A DNA stretch of 63,301 nucleotides, filler included. It is 9 parts of 9 records of this genome, joined end to end, with 100 filler letters (N's around TTAATTAATTAA, not from the genome) between each part and the next. Parts side by side here need not be neighbours in the genome. Positions count along the whole stretch, not along the records: positions 37,553 to 45,483 come from SRR15195285_89; positions 45,584 to 49,479 come from SRR15195285_94; positions 49,580 to 59,478 come from SRR15195285_96; 6 more parts are not named here. One strand, given 5' to 3'. Below, piece after piece: positions 44,154 to 56,900 of the stretch. The position numbers and the translations under genes are program-made. The notes beneath the pieces were generated by a model. The model was not told the origin of the DNA. It worked only from the letters and a program-made list of their open reading frames with translations, and ran no database searches. Numbering within the stretch: the stretch's first letter is position 1; the number at the start of each line of letters is the position of its first letter.

Positions 44154-44906
44154 ATGGCCTTCATCTTGTTCGAGGCGGTGCCGTTTGTCGCGGTCTGCCT
44201 GGCGCACCAGGCGCTGTGCTTGCTGCTCCTGATCCTGCGGCCGCTGGTGTTCCGTCCGGTGTATGGCTACGCGCGCTCCTGGACCGTCCGCTTCCTGTTC
44301 GGTGCGAAGCTGCAGTGGGCGCCTGACAGCCAGCCACTGGCGGTCGCAACGCCAGAGCGCCCGATCGTGTACTGCTGCAACCACCGGAGCTGGGCGGACA
44401 ACGGTATTGATGGAGAAATCACAGGAGCGCCGTACACATCGCGGATGCTGGTCGCCGCTGCATTCCCTTTTACTGCGATCATCGCGCTGATTGACGGCGG
44501 CATCATCTTCTTCAAGCGCGGCAAGACCACCCCAGAGGAGTTCAACGAAAAGTGTAGCGCGTTGCTAAAGGGACACACGTCATCCATGCTTGGCTATCCA
44601 GAGGGGACACGACACACTGAAGACGCACCGTCGCGCCCGCTGAAGACCGGGATGCTACGCATGTCAGCTCGTATGGGTGTGTGTATACAGCTGGTCATCA
44701 CTGCGGGGAAGGGCGAAATACTGCAGGAAAAACGGCTGCGGTTCAGGTATGGCAAGGCCGTGACAACGTTTTGTTCGAAAGTCTTTGACCCGAAAACCAT
44801 GTCAGAAGACGAGTTCGTGAGTGCAATCCAGGAGGCTTGGGGCCCGACCTACAAAGGAGCGGTTGCTGCCCAGGAGAAATTCGATCGGTGGCATGGAAAA
44901 AAATGA
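44154..44906 (+). CDS. 1-acyl-sn-glycerol-3-phosphate (PlsC/AGPAT family) acyltransferase
   Basis: Motifs NHRSWAD (HX4D), FFKR, YPEGTR, LKTG; hydrophobic N-terminus; ATG in GCCGCCATGG context. Confidence 0.9.
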   Translation: MAFILFEAVPFVAVCLAHQALCLLLLILRPLVFRPVYGYARSWTVRFLFGAKLQWAPDSQPLAVATPERPIVYCCNHRSWADNGIDGEITGAPYTSRMLVAAAFPFTAIIALIDGGIIFFKRGKTTPEEFNEKCSALLKGHTSSMLGYPEGTRHTEDAPSRPLKTGMLRMSARMGVCIQLVITAGKGEILQEKRLRFRYGKAVTTFCSKVFDPKTMSEDEFVSAIQEAWGPTYKGAVAAQEKFDRWHGKK

Positions 44907-45032
44907 CCAGAGCACAAGATCTGCATCAAGCCTCAGCAATTTGCTAGCTATTCTGGCAGTGAATAGACTGAAGGGCACACTGAAATAGAAAAACCCTTGC
45001 ATGCAAGTTCGTGCGATTTCTTCAGAAACCAG

Positions 45033-45483
45033 TTAGCTAGTTTCTTCCACGTCGTGAAACTCGCCTTCGTCATCACTCTGAGGTTCAGGGCTGCGCGTTG
45101 CTAGCTGTCCATGCGCGGACACAATCCCATCAGGCCTTTCTTGTACGCCAGCTCTCGACGCTGCTACTTGTGCTTCTGCGATTGCTTCCCAGGCAGCGTC
45201 TTCGGGCAACCCTAGGGCTAGCGCTCGCTGCTGCCGGTCCTTGTCTGTCGCGTGCATCAGCTGCAGCTCACTACGTATAACCACCGCACGAAAGCGCAAA
45301 CGACGTCAACCAAAGCTCTGCACCAGGACACAAGACTGGCTGCCGTAATTACCTGCCAAGGTCCTCATCCTCTTCGATCTCCCAGTGAACATTGGGCGCA
45401 TCCGCTCCAACCAGCTGCCTAGCGACTGGCTCTGCCAAAGTTTCCTTCACGGACTGCATCAGCATGCTGCCGATACTTAGCCT
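45033..45483 (-). CDS. 3' end of a hypothetical protein gene truncated by the contig edge
   Basis: Terminal exon ..DKDRQQRALALGLPEDAAWEAIAEAQ..EFHDVEETS* plus a probable upstream exon (..VHWEIEEDEDL). Confidence 0.5.
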
Positions 45484-45583
45484 NNNNNNNNNNNNNNNNN
45501 NNNNNNNNNNNNNNNNNNNNNNNNNNNTTAATTAATTAANNNNNNNNNNNNNNNNNNNNNNNNNNNNNNNNNNNNNNNNNNNN
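45484..45583. other. Artificial contig-joining linker
   Basis: N-run with central TTAATTAATTAA. Confidence 0.98.
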
Positions 45584-47136
45584 AGCTGGCGTCGGAGCAG
45601 GCGGCAAACGGCGGTTCTGCGCTGAGCGCCATCGTGATGGTCTGCACTGTCCATGCTTTCGATCCAGGATGGCTCCTGCGTGCGCCCAGCGCGCCTGGTG
45701 AATCATCCGGCTGGCGCAAGCTACCAGATATGCACGCACCTCGCTGCGCAGCGGCCGTATGTGGCCTACCGGACGGGCGGGTGTTCGTGGCAGGTGGCAT
45801 GGACCAAGAGCTCGAGCCTCTGCAGGATGCCTTCATCTACGACCCGACTGGCAGCACACCTGGCGGCCACATAGACCTATTCTGTAGGAAGATACCTCCG
45901 TGCCCCGTGGTCATTTCTGGCGCGCGAGCGGTGGTGTTGCCGTGTGGCCGAAGAGTGCTGGTTGCTGGTGGCGATAGCATTGTCGCAACCAGTAGCAGAG
46001 CATCAGATGAGTCTGCGGGGCTGATGTCGTCGATGATGCTGCCGGCTGCACTGCAGCAACCACAGCCAGCCACAGCGGCAGCTGCCGAAGCGCCAGAGAT
46101 GATGAACAGTGGATCAGACAGTGATGGGGACGGTGGGTCAGAAGGTGACGGCGATGGTCAGCCTACCACATTGCGCGATGCTCACATCTTTGACCTCGAA
46201 ACGGAACACTGGAGTTCTGTCTCCCCGATGCTGTCACCTCGGGCCCATTTTGCGATTGGATTGCTGCAGGACGGCAAGGTGGTGGTTGCCGGAGGTCTGT
46301 GCTCCGTGACTGAAGAAGTCACATACCTCGACGTGCAAACGGATGATCAGGAGACTCTCATATCACACGGCTCTACCCCACTGGCGGAGGCAGAAGTCTA
46401 CGACCCAGCCGCAGATGCTTGGACGCCACTGCCACCAATGCCGCACGGTCCCAGGGCTGGGTGCTCGGGTGCTGTCCTGACCCATAGCCCGCGTGAGAAG
46501 CCTATCGTTGCACCAACTGCACTTGCAGAAACTGATGAATCTGCGGCTACTTGTGCTGCCGGGAATAGCAGCGCCGTGGAGTCGTTGTTTGTAGTAGTTG
46601 GTGGCGACGGGGAGGATGGAAATCTCTGCACTGCAACAGAAGCCATTTCATTTTGCTGCCCGACGGCGCATCAAAGAGATTCTGCTGCTGCTGTCACTGA
46701 GACCAATGCTGACGCTGATGCCTTTCAGAGCAACCCTTTTGATGAAGGTGGTTGCGCACGGGGCACCTGGGTGACCTTGCAGCCACTCCCTGCAGAATTT
46801 GACAAGCAGTGTGAGCATCTTGCTGGTAGATCTCCTACTAGTGATCGATGTCATGATCGCAGACTTAATGAGCCCATTGAAAGCACGCGCATCGACTCGG
46901 TGGTTGGCACCTGCAGCATCGGCTCAGACCTACTAGTACTATGGAGAGAAAATAGGCCTCGGCTGCCTGGTAGTGATACTTGTGGGGCGCGGATGCAGCT
47001 AGCGGTCTTCAGCTACGGTGGAGATTTGAAGCTAGGCCATTGGTGCCTTGTGCCGGAGCCACGGATAGAGCGCAAGGGTCAACGGTTGCCAGTGCATTCA
47101 GAGCAAAGTGTCTGTGCGGTTTCTGTGCGGCTGTAA
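45584..47136 (+). CDS. Kelch-repeat protein, 5' truncated
   Basis: WRKLPDMHAPR..DGRVFVAGG, FDLETEHWSSVSPMLSPR..DGKVVVAGG, AEVYDPAADAWTPLPPM. Confidence 0.88.
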
Positions 47137-47223
47137 AATAAATGAAGTGCATTACATGCTGTGCTCAGAGAATTGCCTCAGGTTTTTTCCAAATGGTGTG
47201 GATGGCTAAGTAGTCGCATCGCA

Positions 47224-49345
47224 TCACACTGTCTTGGACAACCAGGCAATCCCGCAAGCTGGCAGGGCCAACACAATCGCTTCCACAACGCCCAGACCTC
47301 TCCCCTCAGCGCAACGATCCCATACTTCGACCGCTTCCCCATTGCAGTACCCAATAGTCTCAAACAATTCAGTCATCCCTGCGGCATCAGTGCAACAAGT
47401 ACCAGTCTAAGTAGTATGTGCGCTGGCTCTCGACGGATCTGGATCTAGTACTCTGTGCTGCGTGGAAAGCGCTGACGTACCAAGCACGGAAGGCGTCGCA
47501 ATAGATAGGAGGAGGAGGGAATCCACCAGCATCCGACCCCTGCTGGTAGACGAGGCCTTGGCATAGTCAAACAAGTGGTCCTGTACGAAACTGACTGGTG
47601 CGAAGTGCAGCAGAGCAAAAGCACAGAGGAACGTGGTGGATAGCGCCCAAGCCCAAAGCCACGGATTCGGAGCGAAGGGATCGACGCCGCGGACACGACC
47701 TGCCTTCACAATTTCGCCCTCAGCAAACTTGAAGATGAAAGACCACTCCGCGACGATAACCGCCAGGCCAAGCCATGTGTTGTGCCCGAGACGCTTAGGA
47801 CTATCGAGTGCAGTGAACACATAAAGCTCTCGGACAAACGGCATGCCCAGCAGCATCCAGCCAAGGATACGCCACTTGTTCCACTGGTCTTCAGGACCAA
47901 GATACAGGATGAACTTGAGAAAAAACGCCGTAATTTGAACGGTATTGAGAACGGAGGCGGCCAACAAAAACCCCAAGAATCGCCGGCCAGAGCCAAGTAC
48001 GTCCCAGCTAACGTGCGTCCACTGCAACGGTAGGAATTGACGAGCTATACGACGGCTTCGTGGAGAGGTCAGAGCATGCGAAAATGTCGCGACTGGTGAC
48101 TGCGAAGAGCCACAATCGCTTGCATCATCGGCACTTGTAGTTACGGCCGAGCCGTCCACGCTTACCCAAGTCTGCGTCGGCATCTCAAAGTAGCGCACGA
48201 CCAGCGAGCCAAGGAACATACCGAAGAAGTTCATTCCTAGTACGTCCAGCAGCAGGTGGTCCCACCAACACTCTTTGAAGTTGGGCAGCATGTATTGGAA
48301 AGTCATCTCGAGGAACTCAAAGTGAATCGACATGAGCCAGCAGATCCACCAGTCGCGGAACATAATCATCACGCAGAACCAGCCAATGAAGTGAGATAAA
48401 AAGAAGATGTCGAAAATTGTGTCGTGCAAAATGCGGCTGGGAAATCCCGATGAATCAACGACTCGACAGTCGGTGGCGTACTCTTTGGTGTTCTCAAGGG
48501 GGGCGAGTGTGGAATCGAGCGTCGGGTCGAGCACACGTAGCACCTCTCGTGCGTTCTGCGCACTAGGCTGCACGTATAGGAAGACAACGAAAAGCAGGTA
48601 GAGTATCATGACACCATGTGCTCCCCTCCAGAATGCCGGGTGTGGTCGTGTAATGTAACCATCGCGCAGCTGCAGCCAGCAGTAGCCTACGAATACCACG
48701 CCAGAGAACCACAGGCTGGACCGTAGTCGCAGCAGCTCCGCCGCATCCTCTGGCACAGGAGCATCAGCGCTGAGCCCCAGGCGTGCCCGCAGCGCCTGCG
48801 GCTCGTCGCCCCCAAGAACTCCCGCCCACCCCGTGAACAGCACATAGGCGCCGAGCACCACGAGACCAATCAAAGTGTGAGGTTCTGAACGGAACGGCGA
48901 CATGACCTGGTCCAAAAAGCCGAGGTCTGAGGGTGGGCTGCCCTGCGCCTCCTCGGCTGGTTCGTAGCCCAACTGAGCGAGCTTTTGCAGCTGCTCAGCC
49001 TCGAGCTTCAGTGGTGTCGGCCTGCCAGTGGCGCGTCCCTGCTCCGACCATGCGAAGCTTGAGCGTGCAGCAGTGCAGCTCAAAGCACTGCAAACTGAGT
49101 TCCAATGCATACAGCACAATACAACAATGTCTGTGTGTACCCATCACATGTGCGTATGTTCGCGACTCAGGGGTCAAGAAAACAAATATGATACAACCTG
49201 TACGTGTAGTGCGATCAGAGTAGGTAGCTACAGTAGCTGGTGTCCTATTGCCCCAACGGTCGCAGAGTCGAGCTGGCAGGGGCGAGCCTGAGGGCGATGC
49301 ATCAGCGCGGGTAGACCTGCTGTGGCGGCGGCGGCGACGGTCCAT
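47224..49345 (-). CDS. Phosphatidylserine synthase (base-exchange, PTDSS/PSS family); 5' end uncertain
   Basis: RPHPAFWR, KEYATDC, DIFFLSHFIGWF, FEFLEMTFQYMLPNFKECWWDHLLLDVLGMN, AFFLKFIL; likely terminal exon 47378-47224 after intron 47480-47379. Confidence 0.9.
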
Positions 49346-49479
49346 ACCGTTGCTAAGCGAGAGCCCGAACGAATGTCCGCCGCGATGCAGCTCCCGGTCA
49401 AGCCGCGGCTACGTGTGCCTGAAGCAAGCAAGGTATCGATGTCGTAGGCACGTAGGCCCCATGCATTGGCCCATGCCGC

Positions 49480-49579
49480 NNNNNNNNNNNNNNNNNNNNN
49501 NNNNNNNNNNNNNNNNNNNNNNNTTAATTAATTAANNNNNNNNNNNNNNNNNNNNNNNNNNNNNNNNNNNNNNNNNNNN
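49480..49579. other. Artificial contig-joining linker
   Basis: N-run with central TTAATTAATTAA. Confidence 0.98.
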
Positions 49580-49632
49580 CACTGTGGTTTGACGCCGCAG
49601 AGACGGAAGGTACGGATCAAACTTGAGGCCAC

Positions 49633-50688
49633 TTGCTCGCCATTGTTATGGGGTGGGGGTGCCTCGAGCTCGGCGTGCGGCCGGGTGGTCAAGGGTGTGG
49701 TGGCTGTGGGGAGCTGGCGGGGCGGCGATGGCAACGCCGGGCGGTGGTGGCGCCGCCGCGGTGGCTGGCCGCTGCCGCTGCGCTGTGCTTTGGTTGGCTC
49801 CAGCTGGGGAAGGAGCGCGGGGCGACTGCGCAGGTGTTTGACTGGAACGGAATCTCTGTGAAGCAGTACGAGGCGCAGCTCGAGTATGAGAGTTGGCAGA
49901 AGAACGACGAGACATACAGCGAGTGGGCGTACAAGAACGGGTACCTGGACTGCGACGACGACATGCAGGGCATTCTCGCGTCTGTCGACAACGGTGTGTA
50001 CACGTGCGATGCCCTGGTGGCCTTGATGGAGTGCACGACGGACCTCAGCGCGGGGCTGATTCCGTCGCTGCCGGCGAACACCACGGTCTCGGACCTCTGC
50101 CCGCTCTCGTGCAACAGTTGCATTGAGCCTGGGTTTGTGTACGACGATGTCGCGGTCGTCTACTCGACGGCTTTGTGCGCGATGTGCGCGCAGGGCGGTG
50201 ACTCGACGTTCGCCTGGATGAAACACCCGCACTGCCGAGACTACAGGTCGTCGCGCACGGGTGGCCCGTGCTTCCCCAAGTGGGAGGTTGGGTGTCCGCG
50301 CCAGTGCGCACAGTGGTTTGACCGGCGCATCGTGTCGCGAACCGAGAACGGCGGCATCCTGTGGTCCTATTTGACTGAGGACGGCCGCTGGTATATCATG
50401 GACGTGGACCTGTGCGCATCGCTCGAGCGTTGGGAGTTCCCAGTCATTGATGCGAAGCGGCTGGACGTGCGGCTCAGCCAACTATGCCGCGACCCCAATT
50501 TGGACGAGTTCCTCTTCCAGGGCGTGGTGATTGACTGGCCGGACTTCTCGCGCCTGCACTTTGAGTTCCGACGACAGTCGCAGCTTTCATACGAGGACAA
50601 GGAGGCGGCATATATGGAGGCGCTGATGACTGCGCAGTCAGCGGCCGCGTTGCAGGCGAACATTGACGCGCTGAACAACGGCCGGTGA
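49633..50688 (+). CDS. Cys-rich hypothetical protein with an N-proximal hydrophobic segment (secreted or type II membrane); start uncertain
   Basis: WLAAAAALCFGWLQL segment; DLCPLSCNSC (ShK-like ending) and further Cys clusters; strong GC3 codon bias. Confidence 0.65.
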   Translation: MLAIVMGWGCLELGVRPGGQGCGGCGELAGRRWQRRAVVAPPRWLAAAAALCFGWLQLGKERGATAQVFDWNGISVKQYEAQLEYESWQKNDETYSEWAYKNGYLDCDDDMQGILASVDNGVYTCDALVALMECTTDLSAGLIPSLPANTTVSDLCPLSCNSCIEPGFVYDDVAVVYSTALCAMCAQGGDSTFAWMKHPHCRDYRSSRTGGPCFPKWEVGCPRQCAQWFDRRIVSRTENGGILWSYLTEDGRWYIMDVDLCASLERWEFPVIDAKRLDVRLSQLCRDPNLDEFLFQGVVIDWPDFSRLHFEFRRQSQLSYEDKEAAYMEALMTAQSAAALQANIDALNNGR

Positions 50689-50908
50689 GGACGTAGTTGG
50701 AATTTTGTAGTGCCTCGAAATAATAGCGCTGTTGACATGCAGCCGATGCGTGTTCGCACACCCTGTTCTTTGATTTGTGGCACACCAAATTGCAACGCAG
50801 AAGCTATAAATCATCCTGCACGCTAGACAGCCAATCGACTGCCGTCCAGCACCGCACTGGTCGTGTCGTCTCTAGAGAGGGCTAGGTCTTGTCCGATCGT
50901 GCCTGAGA

Positions 50909-53900
50909 TCATACCTTGCGTCCGAAGTGCACAAGTTTCTTGTATAGTTCGGCAAACTCGATTTCGTCTACCTTCTCATCGTCGGCTTCCTCGTCGCTTC
51001 CGCCGATCGTGAGCCGGCTAGCACCTACGTACGGCCAAATTCAGGGAGCAGGAATCAGCGAGAGCTTATATGTTGGATTTTTCTACGGCCATCAAAACAT
51101 GAGCACGCGGCGGAACAACTGCAGCACATTTAGACAGCTTTTGGAAAGACAATGCGCACTGAAATCGCGTGATGCCGGTGACCCGCCGACCACTGGGCCG
51201 CCCTTCAAGTGCGCCTTCCGCGCCACCTCGACTCGCTCGAAGTGTTTCGCCCGCCACATCTTCGAGATCGCGAACGGCGACGCGTCACAGTTGAGACGCG
51301 CCATCGCGGCGACGAACTCAGTCTTCGACAGGAACCCGCTACGATCTCGGTCACAGTCATTGAAGACAGCGTGAATTGGCTTGAGTGTGCCGTCCGCATC
51401 CTGGTGAGAAACAGGCAGGGCACCTGAATTTATGTTGCGCATAGACACAACAACTGACAATCTGGTTAGAAGATGCCCCACTCACTACACAATGCATTGA
51501 AAGGTCGGAGGTGTCGTCGAACTCGTCCGGGTCTAGATCTTTGCAGCTCGGCGCGATAAGTTCTGGGTCTAGCGCCTTCCAGCGGTCGCGCCCTGGCATT
51601 AAGTGTCGACGCGCGAGATCGCAACGCAGCCGCAAGTCGGCAGTGCCTTTGCCCGTTTTGAATTCAAACTTGACGAGACCGAGTGTCGGAACCGACTTTT
51701 CCCACGCTTTACCGAGATCAAAAGGCATCCCTACCGGACCACATATGTCAAAACTCTCGTTTCTACAGCCTTTCAAATGTTTGCTAATGCAATGAACAAC
51801 GTAGATATCACGTTGCAACGTGCCGCTCCAAGGAAATCATGCTTACCGTTGTAAGTCTCGTCGAGCCAGTTCTCGCCAGGCTCCGCCGCAAGCACCACGA
51901 GCATCGATGCCACCGAGCGATCCTCTGGCACGCGCAGGTCCAAATCATACAGGCCGTCCGGTTGGATCGGACACTGCAACGTGATGCGCCGCACAAACGA
52001 ATGAGGTCAACTCTCAGAATTGAAAAAAAAGAAATTGACGAATGGTTGGAACACATAGTCTAGAGTGTGGAAGCACAGCAGCCTACCAGAATATTTGCAG
52101 CGCCGATCCTCTTCCGGTACTGGTCCAGGGCTACGCCTGGCAGCAGGTTTTGTAACCGACTCGGCTGATGGTGCACTTCAATGTCCAGCACCCGCGCGAA
52201 GAAAAGCACCATCGCTTCCACCTGCATCAAGTCAAACCTTCATGATCAGCAGCTGATGGATATCTGGTAGCCAGCAAATAGCAAGTAGCGTACTCGCGCT
52301 GCGTTTGATATGAGATCTAGCAGCTTCTCAACCTGCGCGCTGGTAAAGTAAAATGCAGCCGTCGCGCGTCTCAGCAGCAACAGGGCTCGCTTCATCACGA
52401 CCAATTCCTTTTCAATTAATGTCCCTACGCGTATGCGGATCTACGAGGTAGGGAAACACGCAGTTTGGGAAAGCAAGAAGCGGTTAGCGGATAATAGGGC
52501 GTATACGTCAGATGTTTGCGTCCACACGATCGAATGCAAACCAGACAAGCTGTACATGGATGCAGCAATTTGTCACGTAGACAGCATGCCGAACAAGCAG
52601 GTATACCTGCTGTGAAGCAAGCCACCACGGTTTCCGTGATGAGGGCTTGGTCTTTCCCTCAATCTTAGACGTCACCTGTCACGAATTCATACCAAGCTCA
52701 GGCCTCAGAACAGTCCTAAATGTGTCAACACAGGGTTGTGTCACAGAGCTCCGTTCGTTCCTACTCATAGGCCACTTGTTGAGGCTCACCGATGACGACT
52801 TCTGCGCTGGGGTGCGATCGTCAGCATCTGAGTCCGAGGTTGACTCGCCGCCCTCAAATGCTATCATAGTGACCGAACGTCTCCGCCCTGCAGTCGCAGA
52901 AGAACAGAAGAAGGTCCGCCTCAGACTACCGTTCACAGATGCTTGAGCCAAATGCGCACCTCGCCTGGGCTTCGACTTGCTCGTTTTTTGCGATATATCG
53001 TCCTCAACATTCATTTCAGCCTTGCTGCTGCCGCCACGCCTTCGTCGGGAGCTGGTCCGCGACAACCGCGCACCCTCTGCCGTTTCAGTTGGGGACAGCG
53101 ACTGTTCAACTCCTGGCCTTTCTACTCCCACCTGTTCTGCTTTAGGAATTTCTTGTTCTTCCATCGCCTGCATCAGCTTCTCGGCGCGTTCGCTCATTGT
53201 CATCTCAGGTTCGGGCTGCTCCTCTTCGTCCTGCTCCTCCTGCTCCTCCTGCTCCTCCTGCTCTTCTCTGTTCTTGGTCTTGTAATCTATTTCAACTGCC
53301 TCGGGAATCTCATCTTCCTCCTCGGAACCCGAGCTTGCAGCCTGTGCCGCGGTCATTGCCATGCCACCAGATGACATGTCATTCTTCATACTGTGCACCT
53401 TCTCCCAGCTATCATCCTCCTGGTGCTTTTCATGATCTTTCGCTGCTTGCACGGCTTCTTGCTCCCGTCGTACCGTATCCCGTGCCAGCTCGGCCATCAG
53501 GGCGTCATCATCAAGGCCTGTCACGGATCCACGACGGTGTCTGGGAGCACGCGCCGATGATGACGCCGTTCCGTTATCAACAGGGATGCTACCGGTTGCG
53601 TTCATCAAGTTGCCAGAACGTCGCCTCTCCATTTGCAATTTGATGTCCTCAAGCTTCTTTGCAGCGTCAAATTGTGTCTGAAGATCTGCCACTGCGAATT
53701 CCATATTTCCGTTCGCTGCAGTGTACGCCTGCTTGCACACCTCGTCGTCCAAGATATCGCCGAAGTCGCTCAGTAGCTGATCGAGATTCACTTCGTCGGC
53801 GGATTTCGCGCGCCGTACCGGGTGGCGTTTCGGCCTGGGTTTCGGTTTAGGCTCGGGTTGTTTCTCGGGTTTGATGTCATCGATAGACTTGACCATCGTC

Positions 53901-56900
53901 TTAATGTTTTCGATGTCAGCCTGCAGGGCGGCGAAGTCTTCGTCTGAGATCGGAAAAGTGTCGACCATTCGGTGCGCAACCGCCGTCGAGACGTAGTCGA
54001 ACTCCAGCGTTCCGAACGTGGGCAGCTTGGAGGCAAGCTCGTCGTCTTCGTCATAATCCCAGGGTTTGCCATTCAAAGTTTCATTGCGCCAGTTGTCCAT
54101 GTCGCCCTTCTGACTGGTGTCGATCAGCTCGTGCTCTCGGCGAAAGAGCTTCTCTTCGGACGACAGCTCGATGAGCTTCTTCGCAATGATGCGTTGGTGT
54201 GGGTTGGCTAGCTCGAGTTTGTAGTGGCCTGTGGGGTTCGATGGAGAAAAGAAAAACAGTTCGCCGACTTTCATCTCCAGTGCTTTGCACTCGTCATCAG
54301 TCAACTTCGTCATCACTGCCGCACCGCAACATGGCACTTAGCATTCAATACACACTTAATTCTGAAGCAGTAGAGAGTACAGGTCAGCTGTTGCAGCCTC
54401 TCACCAAGCTTGCCCCAGTTGTTCAAGTCGACCACACGCGGCATCAGGAGTGCCATCGCCTTGACACGAGCAATCGAGTCCGAGAACATAACGGCAAGAG
54501 TTCCGGCGAAACGAGAGCTAAAGAACCATTCCTCAGAAGCAAGCTTCATGAGGCCAAAACCTTGGTCGGTTACGTGTTTGTCCTGCATCATCATACACAA
54601 CGCCTCAAACATCGGTTCGTCAATTACCTGCTCCATCCGCGGCACGCGTTTTGTCGGTCGGTATTTCAAGCTCAACACGCCCGATTCCGGCAGCCGATAA
54701 TCCTCCCGAGTCCAGATCACGCCCTCAGGTGGTTCTGGGAGCTCAAACGGCTTGCCGTCCAGTGTCTCGCTTTCCCAGTTTTCACCTACTTCTCTCCACG
54801 CAAGCTCCACCTGATTTACCCGCGCCAATGCACGCATTCAAAGAGCTTTCAGACAATCGGAGATTGCAGGGATATGGAATGTCAATTCAATTTTTTGAGT
54901 TGAACCATACGTGTGCGAACCTACCAACTCGTTGCCCACAACACGCTCATACGGGTCCGCAAGGTTGCAGACGTAAGTACCGCCGGGCTCGGACGGATCG
55001 AACAGATGCTCCGGCGACTGGTAGTTGAAGTTGCAGTTGCGCAACATTATTGACCTGACAGTCCCAATGACAACAAGGAGGACATACCAGCTTTAGTTCT
55101 GTAAATCAAGCCTCAATCAATTGACTAGTTTTGTTGTTTTCTATGTTGTGATTTCACCTCTGCATCTTGAAGAGTACAATCGAGCGGAGCGCCCGCAATA
55201 TCGCGCGGCCGCCACGCTTGCCGACAGGATTGTCGTCCAGGACTAGCGAAGTGATGACTCGGTTTTCGATGAGCATGTCTGACAGCACCATTGTGCCACG
55301 CTCCCCGATATTGCAATGGCTCACATCGAGCACCTGTACTGTTTGATTGTGGCGCAACGCGTAACCTAGAGCGACTCCACCGACGTCCCCTAATGCATTC
55401 CACTGCAAGCCCAAGTATTGCAGCGAGAGGGTATCACTCAGCGCTGGCACAATCTTACGTGCGATAGAAGATGTGATGCCGTTCCAACCCAGGTCAAGAC
55501 GTTGCAGGACACTGTTATTTTCCAACAAGCAGCGAAGCGCTTCGCCAAATCTGAGCCCGCCCAGTTTGTTAGATGAAAGGTCGAGGGCTGTCACCGTCAG
55601 CTGGTCAGCGAGCGCATCGCATAGGACCCTTCCGGCACCATCGCCGAGATTATTCTTCGCAATCTTTAGTGTATTGATCCGGCTCGGCGGGTCGTTCATA
55701 CACAACAGTCGCCCAAGCGCCTCACAGCCATCACTCCGAATTCGATTTTCGGACAGGTCAACATACTCTAGCCGGCTGCAGGTCGCTAATGCCCGCGCCA
55801 GTGGCACAAGTCCATTATCGGTTAGAGCATTGTTTGCAAGCTCTAACCGCCGGATGGAAACTCCCTGGTCACCAAGCTGGCACAAACCGTCTGCATAGGC
55901 CCGCAGCTGCTGGTCCCCAATCTGATAATTACTGAAGCTGACAGTGCCTGCGGTATTAACGTGCATTCCGTGCTCTTTATTCTCCGTGTAGTGCATCCGC
56001 AACGCGAACTGTGCCATCTGAAGCGTCCGCTCCGGCAGTTCCTCTCCAAGCTGATCACACATTTCAAAAGCCTCTGCTTCATCCATCTCGTCAATCATTT
56101 TCTTCAGCAAAGCTTCGCGTTCACCGTCCCTCTTAGATATCAAGAGCGGTAGCGGTTTGATTGGCACCTGGTGCTGCACGAGTCGCCCCGTAGAGGGGTC
56201 TACTTCAATCTCGATAGTCGAGCGCTGCTGCCGACGGAGAGCTGCCGCGCCGCGGCTTTTTCGCCCCCGGGCCTCTAGTAGATGGAGCTTCGACTGCCTG
56301 TGTGCTTCAATTTGGGCAATAACCTCCTCGCGCCGGGCTGCAGTATTAGCGTGCTTACTGCCCGCAATCTTGCCTTTGGCTTTGCCTCTGGTTTTGCCTT
56401 TCGACTTTCCTTTGCTGTCCCCTTTTGCCTGCCCTTTGCCGCCACCCTTCCCCTTGCTGTTGCCCTTTTTCCCGCGCTGCTGCGTGGGTGAGGCCATGCG
56501 AGGCGGTTCCGGTAGGGATTCTTTGAACATCAGCTCTAGTAGCACGCGACCACCTTGCTGCCCCAGTTCTGCGACCGTCTTGGTAGCGTCCAGCCACTCA
56601 CCAGAAACTCGTTCAATCGCCGCCGCGACACGCCTGATGACTGCTTTTCCATCGTAATCAGGGCTGTGAGGCGCGACTGGCGGACGTCGCATCTGATCCG
56701 TGACCGCAGGTGTCGATGGGCATAATGGGCTGGATGTGTCCAGCGCCTGACCTTCGCCATCCTTGATGTACGATGGCTCGACATCAATGGTGGCAAAGAC
56801 CCCACCTTGCACGTGCTCCTCGTGTCTCTGTTTATCGCGCATATCCTCGATCAGCTCGTCATAATTGATCTCACCATCGTGATCGTTATCGAGCGCCCCC

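Noticed and set aside
45170-45240. RALALGLPEDAAWEAIA as a sign of bacterial or phage origin
   Set aside because: A single short motif in a truncated, apparently spliced gene; insufficient evidence.
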